Part shown: in pieces, positions 54,316 through 64,000 of the stretch
Position numbering within the stretch: position 1 is the first letter of the stretch
Layout of the letters: every line of letters begins with the position of its first letter
Assembly: GCF_009914755.1 (NCBI RefSeq)
Contig: NC_060929.1
DNA from: the human T2T-CHM13v2.0 reference genome, Homo sapiens
Length of the DNA: 64,000 nt
Reading direction: 5' to 3' (one strand)
Notes under the pieces: model-generated
The model's database searches: none
What the model saw: the letters and a program-made list of their open reading frames with translations, nothing else
What the model was told of the DNA's origin: nothing
Position numbers and translations under genes: made by a program

Positions 54316-55852
54316 TGTGAGAAAAAGACAGTGATAGAAGCATAAATGGAGGATGCTGAGGTTAACCTTTTCAGCTGAGATTCTCTGAAAAATTTCAATT
54401 ATTTTTCACCAACAATAATTCAGCATTGCATAGTTGCAGTCAGAGTGCTGGTTGAGGCAGAAGTCATGAAAGTATGTACAGAGAGAAAAATTTTCAATTG
54501 TCCAATATTTAGTGAACAATGCAGTATCTAACCTTTGTTCTAGGAAGAATGTATGGACTAATTTTTGTCTTTCAAGTTTTGTAAACCTCTAGGCATGAGT
54601 TGCCGGCTTCTACTTTAATTCAAACCTACACTAGTGCAGGTTTGTCACTATGGATCACGGCCTTGGGGTCAGGTGTTTGCAGTTTCCAAGTCATGTTATA
54701 ATTGCCTACCTGTAAAGAGAAAACAGCAATTCAAAAGTACCATGAATGTACATTTGTAGTAATAGTGCCTTTCATTTAGTTTTCAATTTCTCATGGTTCA
54801 TTGTCGTTTTCTTCTAGTAAATAGCATGATCAAATAAAGAGTCTCCACATTAAGTCAAAAATTTAAAAATACATTTTCAAAATTTCTTGGAGTAAGAAAT
54901 TGATGTGTTCTCTGAAAAAAATGGAAAATCTCACTTAAAATGTCAAATACATTTTCAGTTAGTATGCTCAATATTTTTATTTCTGAAAAACTAAATACGT
55001 ACTGAAAAACCCTTGAATATTTAAAGAATTTTTCCCTTGGAAAGTTGGCTTTGGCTGAACAAGAGTCATTTTCTTTTTCTTAAATTTAGCTCTGTATATT
55101 GGCACTATGGTAGGAAAATAAAAGTCCCTTCCAAATTCTATTTATAAGAATTTTTTCACTTCTAAAAAAGGGTCAAATTTGTTATTTTTGTTAAATATCT
55201 GGTTTTATTTCCTTTTCCCATTGAGGAAATAAACTGTCTATATGAGTAGTATTGGGCTAATGTCTAACAGACTGCTTACAAAATAATTGAAATGCGACAT
55301 TCATTGACCAAATAAAAAAGTTATAAAAGCCAAAATTGGCAAAACTCACATAATATAAAAATTAAAATGTCTATAGATTAAAATTACTAAATTTCCCATA
55401 GTATATACCTTTAGTATTTCTGAATTATTCTAAATCAACTGACAAGTGTAGAGAAATAACTATGTTGTCACATCAGTGGTCACCAGTTGATGTGGTGAGA
55501 AAGTTATTAAGCAAAATCAAGGCTTAGTTACTTTAGCCTTGAAGCCAGAAAGGGAATCACTAGGTAGGCCATATAATGTAAATCAGAAAAAATGGAGCAG
55601 AATAGGATATCAGCTGGATGAAAACTTTTCTCTTAGTCACGCTGTTAAGGATGTTCACATCCCTTAGTAAACAGAAACTAGGCTCTCCGTTTCATCACTT
55701 AAGGTAGAAAGTACTTATGGTAAATGAATGTGTAAGTCTCTACACACTGTATGAGTTCCATATTCTCAATAAAATATTGACATAAGGATTCATTTAAAGG
55801 CAGGCATGCATGAGAGAGATTGGGAGTATGAGAGAGAGAAAACTAATATTAG

Positions 55853-56066
55853 TTGTTATTGCAAGTGTTCAGTATAGGACAGAAATTACTAAACACTTTA
55901 GGGTAGTTGAAATTTAATCTTCATAACAATAGGGTGAGGTAGGTACTATTTTTCTCTTTTCATGTCTGAAACTAAGGCACTGTGAGGTTAAGTATTTAAT
56001 AACTTGACAATGTCACACAGACCTGGGCCCATGTGGCAGATTAATGCATTGTAAATCCAGATTTCA
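55853..56066 (-). mobile_element. MIR
   Basis: ATTTAATCTTCATAACAA..TGAGGTAGGTACTATT..GAAACTAAGGCAC..GAGGTTAAGT..AACTTG..GTCACACAG. Confidence 0.75.
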
Positions 56067-56599
56067 ACATATTTACACCCTTTTTCTATGGTCTGTATTA
56101 CATTGATACAGGTAGAAGTAGAGTTCGGAATGTCTAGAGATACAAATATAATTATAAGTAAAAATAGGCCCAATTACAACATAGAAATAGACATAGAGTT
56201 TTAGGTTCCATGGCATGACTTTTGCAAACAAGATTCTTTTGTCTAGTGTGGAGTAAACATGTGAAGCATTACCACTTAGAGAACCTTCCCTCATTGAGCT
56301 TTGCTTTTGAATGAGCCTGACACAAAGTTCATGTACATAAAGTATGCCATTTTGTATTCTAAACAATCTTTGATATTTGGGTGTGAAGATTCTTAAGAAA
56401 ATGATAAAAAATATGAGATATCTATGACTGCATGACTTTTATAGAATTGGCTTCCCAAATAATTCTTTAAGGTTATAGATTCAATTAATATTGAAAGTGA
56501 GAAGAATCAGGATTTTGTTTCCTATGGAATAAAAATGAATAACTGGAACATTCAGATCTGGTAAAAACAGTTGTGGTACTTTAAATACAAAACCCTTAA

Positions 56600-56935
<336 letters not shown>

Positions 56936-57203
56936 TTAATGAACCTGAGAATGTGAACTGTGCCTTGGTATTTTCATGGAATTAAGCACCACGAAATCAC
57001 TACAAAAGGAGTGAGAATTGTAGTACTTATAGTGAGACAATAAAATAAGAATGATACTATCTTTTAAAGCACAAAATAGACTCACTAATGTTAAGAAATG
57101 TTTGCTTACAGTTGACATAGAAGAATGACTACTAAATTAATGAGATCTGCATACTTTTTACGGATGATATATGGTAACACAGAGTCATTATAAAATAGCA
57201 TAT

Positions 57204-59639
57204 TGATATGGTTTGGATTTGTGTCCCCACTCAACTCTCATGTCAAATTGTAACCCCCCAATGTTGGAGGAAGGGCCTTGTGGGAGGTGATTGGATCATG
57301 GGGGCCAATTTGCCTCTTGCTGGTCTCATAATAATGAGTGAGTTCTCATGAGACCTGGTAGTTTCAAAGTGTGTGGTATCTTTTCCTTCACTCTCTCCTT
57401 CTCTGTCCATATACAGCATACCTGCTTCCCCTCACCTTCTGCCATGATTGTACATTTCCTGAGGCCTCCCAGCCATGCTTCCTGTACAGGCTGTGGAACT
57501 GTAAGTCAATTAAAACACTTTTCTTTATAAATTACCCAGTCTCAGGTAGTCCTTTATAGCAATGAAAGAATGAACCAACACAGAAAATTGGCACCAGGGG
57601 TGGGGCATTGCTATATAGATATCTGAAAATGTAGAAGCAGCTTTGGAACTGGGTAATGGGCAGAAGTTGGAAGAGATTGGAGGGCTCAGAAGAAGACAGA
57701 AAGATTAGGGAAAGTTTAGAATTTCCTAGAGACTTGTTAAATTGTTTTGACCAAAATGCTGATATTGATGTGGACAATGAAGTCCAGCCTGAGGTAGTCT
57801 CAGATAGAGATGAGGACCTTACTAGGAACCAGAGTAAATATCACTCTTGCTATGTTTTAGCAGAGACTGGTGGCATTTGTGCCCCTGCTCTAGGGATCTG
57901 TGGAACTTTGAACTTCAGAGAGATGATATCTAGGGTATCTGGTGGAAGAAATTTCTAAGCAGCAAGGCGTTCAAGAAGTGGCCTGGCTGCTTCTAACAGT
58001 GTATGCTTATATTTGTGAACAAGATATAATCTTAACTTGGAACTTGAATTTAAAAGGGAAGCAGAGCATAAAAGTTCAGAAAATTTGCAGCCTGACCGTG
58101 AGGATAGAAAATGGGTAGAAAAGAAAGGCCCATTTAATGGGGAGGAATTCAAGTCTGCTGCAGTCATTTGCATAAGTAAACAGGAGCTGAACGTTAATAG
58201 CTAAGACAATGGGGAAAATGCCTCAAAGGCATTTCAGAGACCTTCATGGCAGCTCCTCCCATCAAAGGCCTGGAGGCCTAGGAGGGAAGAATAGTTTTGC
58301 AGGCAGGGCTCAGGAACCAGCTGCCCTGTGCAACCTCAAGACACTGCTCCCTGCATCCCAGCTGCTCCAGCTCCAGCCATGGATAAAGGGGCCCCAGATA
58401 CATATCAGGCCACTGCTCCAGAGGGTGTAAGCCATAATAAGCTTTCATGGCCTCCACATAGTGTTAAGCCTCTGGGTGTGCCGGGGCCAAGGGTTGAGGC
58501 TTGGGAGTCTCTTCCTCAATTTCAGAGGGTGTATGGAAATGCCTGGATGTCTATGAAGAAGTCTGCTGCAGGACCAGAGCCCCCATGGAGAATCTCTACT
58601 AGGGCTGTACAGAGGATAAATGTGGGGTTGGAGCCTCCAAACAGAGTTCCCACTGGAGCACTGCCTAGTGTAGCTATGAGAAGAAGACCACCATCATCCA
58701 GGCCTCAGAACAGTGGATTCACCAATAGCTTGCACTATGCACCTGAAAAAGTCGCAGACATTGAAGGCCAGCCCTTGAGAGTAGCCAAGGGACTTGAGCC
58801 TTGCAGAGCCACCGGGGTGAAGGTTCTCAAGGCCTTGGGACCCAACCCCTTATCTCGGTGTTGCCTGGATGTGACACATGGAGTCAAAGGAGATTATTTT
58901 GGAGCTTTAAGATTTAACGACTGCCCTACTGGGTTGGGAATTGCATGGGGGCTTGTAGCTCCTTTGTTTTGTTCAGTCTCTCCCTTTTGGAACAGTTGTA
59001 TTTACCCGATGCCTGTATCCTCATTAAATCTTGCAAGTAACAAATTTATTTTTAATTTTACTGTCTCATAGGTGTAAGGGACTTGTCTTATCTTGAATGG
59101 GACTTTGGATTTTGGACTTTTAAGTTAATGCTGAAATGAGTTAAGACTTGGGGGACTGTTGAGAGAGGAAGATTGTACTTTGCAATGTATGAAGGACATG
59201 AGATTTGAGAGGGGCTAGAGGAGGAATAATATGGTGTGGATTTGTGTCTCCATCCTAATCTCAAATTGGACTATAATCCCCAATGTTGAAGGAGGGGCCT
59301 GGTATGAGGAGATTGGATCATGGGAATGGATTTCCCCCTTGCTGTTCTCATGATAGTGAGTTCCCATGAGAACTGGTTGTTTAAAACTGTGTGGCACCTT
59401 CCCCTTCAGTCTTTTCCTTCTCTGACCATGTATGTTAATAGCTAAGACAATGGGGAAAATGCCTCGAAGGCATTTCCTGCTTTCCCTTCACCTTCTGCCA
59501 TGATTGTAAGTTTCCTGAGGCCTCCCTGGCCATGCTTTCTGTACAGCCTGTGAAACTGTGAGTCAATTAAAACTCTTTTCTTTATAAATTACCAACTCTC
59601 AGGTAGTTCTTTATAGCAATGTGAGAATGAACTAACACA
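57204..59639 (+). mobile_element. Full-length MSTA-type MaLR provirus: 5' LTR 57204-57582, internal 57583-59226, 3' LTR 59227-59639
   Basis: Two homologous LTRs (TGATATGG.../TAATATGG... to ...AACACA), GAAAATTGGCACC after LTR1, polypurine tract before LTR2, 5-bp TSD CATAT/CATGT. Confidence 0.95.
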
Positions 59640-61174
59640 CATGTAATCTCTATAAACATTCTAATAAAATGGAAAATAATATCATAGGAATTTGGTAACA
59701 AATATACATTTTCTTTCAATGAGCAGAAGCCATGGACACAGCAATTGATAATATTTGCTTAATAAAAACAACACAGTTGAGTACATTTTAGCCCCCAGAA
59801 AATAACCACCTTAGAAAAACTACAACGCAATTGACTTTTGTAGTTCAACACATTACATAAAGAGTGGTTTGTTTTTCAAAGGATTAATCACAATGTGTCT
59901 ATTGTTATTTTCTTATTATCCTAATGTTCTTCCAACTAGTATTGTGTTTCACTGAAAACCTTACCTTTTTATAACTTTAAACACCACAAAACATCCTGGG
60001 TATTGACTATTCCATTGAGTTCATATTAAGCAAGGCCTTGCCATTTCTCTGTTGTTGTACTATAATACAGGTACTTCGTGGTCTAGTCTTACTGAAATCA
60101 TCCAATGGAAATAATAAGGAAGTAGCTGGTAAGGTTTGGAACCTAATTTGCCAATGTAAGGATTATGAAATACATTGCTTGTATAAAATCTAATAAAGCT
60201 GGTTTTGTTTCTGCTTCAGTGTTTATATGAATGATATTACCATCTGCTCTTGAGAAGACCTCAGGCAGGATCTCTGAAAAATAACTTAAACATCTTAAAT
60301 AAATACACAAGATTTGGCAATAATCATGCAACAGATACAAAAAACATTTCTTGCTATTGCTACATATTTTAACTAGACCAACATTTTTAATATAATGGGT
60401 CAATTAATTAGTTGTCCATTTCTAAATATTTTATATACGATATTATGGTTTAAAAGAAATTGTTAACTTGTAAAAATTTAAGCAGATCTTGAAGTAAAGG
60501 GTTAAAAGACAAAAGTTAAGAAAAAAACAAAGAATTCTAAAGTTTTGTACCATAGGTAATTTAACTTTTACATATTATTTCTAGTCTATTAATGTGAGAC
60601 AATTCTATGCAAGGGTATTTTAATTGTAGAAAGGAAAAATATTATGAATATGTAATTGACTTGATTTTCCAATGGGTGAGTCTATGCTTGCACTCGGGTA
60701 TACAAAATCACTACCTTCCTGCATTTTTATAGAGCATATATTATTTGTAGTTAATATGTTTACATGTGAGCAGTGAAGGGTGACTTTCAACTCTCAGAGA
60801 GAGCCAAATTTTCTTTTTCACAATCTACCTTAGATATTTGATACACATTTCTTTCTAATGTCTTTCTGATTTTTTTAAACTTTAAAACACACCAAACCTA
60901 ATAGAGTATGTTTTCTCCCCAAATATCTGATCTCTTTTGGAATTCCTTTCTATTATGATAGCGCCATTCTGATCTGACATATTCTTTTACAACCTTCCTT
61001 CACTTTCAATTAATATTCAAGTCATATCTCTGTTTCAGAGCTGTTTTCTCAAATCAATTCCCACAAACTAATATCCACAGCCCTCAGCTTTGCCTGTGCT
61101 CAGGCTCTCATCTTGTCTCAATTGTGTCTAATAGTACCTGTTCCCTTTCTCTAATATTACCATATAATTGTTTA

Positions 61175-61890
<716 letters not shown>

Positions 61891-64000
61891 ACCATATCCA
61901 TCACATATTGCAAACAAAGTATTTTTAAAAGCTAATCTCATCATAAAACTGTTATTTACTTGTCAAAATGTTTTAATTAACTATTGCCTAAAGGCTAAAA
62001 TCCAAACTTCATTATTGATCTTTCTTTAAGAAAACATTTCTTAAAATGTAAATATTTGTTTGGCCAAAAACTTTCTTTAGAGTTCAATTTTGCTTAGCAT
62101 TGTTCTCAGCTCTTATACCTGGAAATAACATATGGCTCCCAGGTGTCTGGGACTGGGGTAGGGTGCTATATAAAATAAATAATAGACAAAGTGATCTGGG
62201 ATGATAAAATGTTGTATAAAATCTCCTTTGAGACCTGGTGGAAGTAACGTGAGCTTCAGAAAGGAAGAGGTGAGAAAAACTTTCAAAGAGGGAGTGATAT
62301 TCAGCACATTTTTAAACTATAGAAACATGTTGGCCAGTTTGCCATGTAACCACGGCAAAGAGAAATGAAGACCAGAATTTACAGATTTGTGTAAATGTAT
62401 GGGCTTGTAGAATACATACGAGAATAAAAAAGAGAATGATAAGTCGTTTGGAATGACATGCACTACTCCATGTGTTGACATGATAAGGGATAATCAGATG
62501 AATAAAATTCTCATTCACTTGCCTAAAGGGTTTAGACTATCCTGTGAGGGGTTGAGAGCCATGGAAGGAGTCTAACAAGGAGATGAACCTAAGTTTTTCC
62601 TGAGAGTTTCTCGGGGATAAACCAAAACATGGTGGGGGCTAAAGCCATGTAGAATACTTAGAAGCAATTATTCCAGGGTCAGATCCAAAGTCAGGCAGTG
62701 GATTTGAATACTGAAAGGAGCTAATGTTTGGTAAGTGAGTGAAGAGACAGCAACATCACTCACTGACCTGCAGAGTCCTTAATATTGTGGCTTATCTACC
62801 AATAATTTCACCGATGCTCTTCCAGTGAATCCAAAGGAATCACCTTTTTTAGGGGCCATATCTTTCGTAACATATCCTTGAACGTTCTGTTCCTTCTGCC
62901 CAAAATAGCCTGTTACTCTTCTCTGATCAGTTATCTGACAAGATTTAGCTTAAAGGGCTTTATTTTGAAAATATTCTTTCATGCTTTGAGGCAGTAGCAG
63001 ACACTCCCTCTTTACTACATGAAAAATTCCGCCTTTCAATGTACAGATCTTAGTACACTGTAAGTATTCATTTGTGGTCTGTGTTCCCACTTGGTTATGA
63101 CTTTCTAAGGGTTCCAGGCTATGTCTTAACTTTTGGAAAGTAGCAGATATTTGGGATATATGGAGAATTAATTTAAATTAATAATCAATAATTACAACTT
63201 TTTCTAGGACATATAAGGTTGTCCAATAAAATATATAAATATAATATGTCACAGTATTTCCAATAATTCTACTGTTTTTTTATACTCAATTGGTCACATT
63301 TCCATCTAGGAAATATTGATATAAAACATATAAATTAGCTTCATATACTTCAAAGTAGTGAATGTAAAAACAACTACAGTTTAATCTTCTGTATAATTAG
63401 CAGAGACAAATCAACATTTTATTTTTGTCTTTGGCCAAACCCTGACCAGTTTGTGTTGCCCAAATATGATTTTCTTTTTCTTTCAACAGAATAACATCTG
63501 GCAAAAGCCCAGGTCATTTTTAAATACTATAATTTTCTCTTAATCAGCTTTCTTGTCCAGAGCCTCATTTTCCTCTAATCAGTTCAGGTGTTCCTCATTG
63601 TTAGTGCCAATTCAAAATTATCAGTGTTCAAGATTGTTTTCTAAGCTAGTCACCCAGCAAATTCTTTTTATATCACAACTTTCTTCACATGCTTTTGCCA
63701 TTACTACCCATTCATCTCTTGGTCCATTTTCCTAAGTAATAACCTGTGCTTGGAAATATGTTCTATTAAATATCCACCGACTACTATGTCTAGTATAAAC
63801 TTCAGTTTTGAATCATTCCCCTCATACAAAATTGTCAAAATATGTTAAATATTCTAAAACATTGCTGTATTTTTCTATTCTACGCTTGTCACAAATTAGA
63901 GCTACTTGTGCACCATTCCTTAAGTAATTCAATACTTTGAATTCATGTTAGTAGCATGACCTGGGATTGTTCTTAGAGAAGTGCCGTAAGAACACATTGC

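Overview
AT-rich, repeat-dense human genomic DNA; a human-lineage AluYg6 with all six diagnostic bases, as I recall them, sits at 56626-56922. I find no credible cellular protein-coding exon. The long ORFs are L1 ORF2 or MaLR-internal remnants, and the rest are Alu, microsatellite or chance ORFs. The one clearly gene-related element is a GC/CpG-rich promoter at about 25.9-26.7 kb. It has a consensus NF-Y CCAAT box and a non-coding first exon on the minus strand ending in AAG|GTAAGG at 25917, so positions 1-25916 are probably a large first intron. Plus-strand donors nearby suggest a divergent transcript. From memory the exon resembles the upstream 5'UTR exon of GPM6A, but this is unverified. 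The remainder is Alu, L1, L2, L3, MIR, MaLR/MLT LTRs (including a nested THE1-in-THE1 and a full-length MSTA provirus), hAT DNA transposons and microsatellites. The most unusual signal is a recurrent set of local templated duplications, fold-back inversions and serial junction repeats, including a multi-segment rearrangement at 31.3-34.4 kb. These look like repair or replication template-switch scars. I see no evidence for a novel multi-gene system. Subfamily calls come from remembered consensus sequences, not from a database search.
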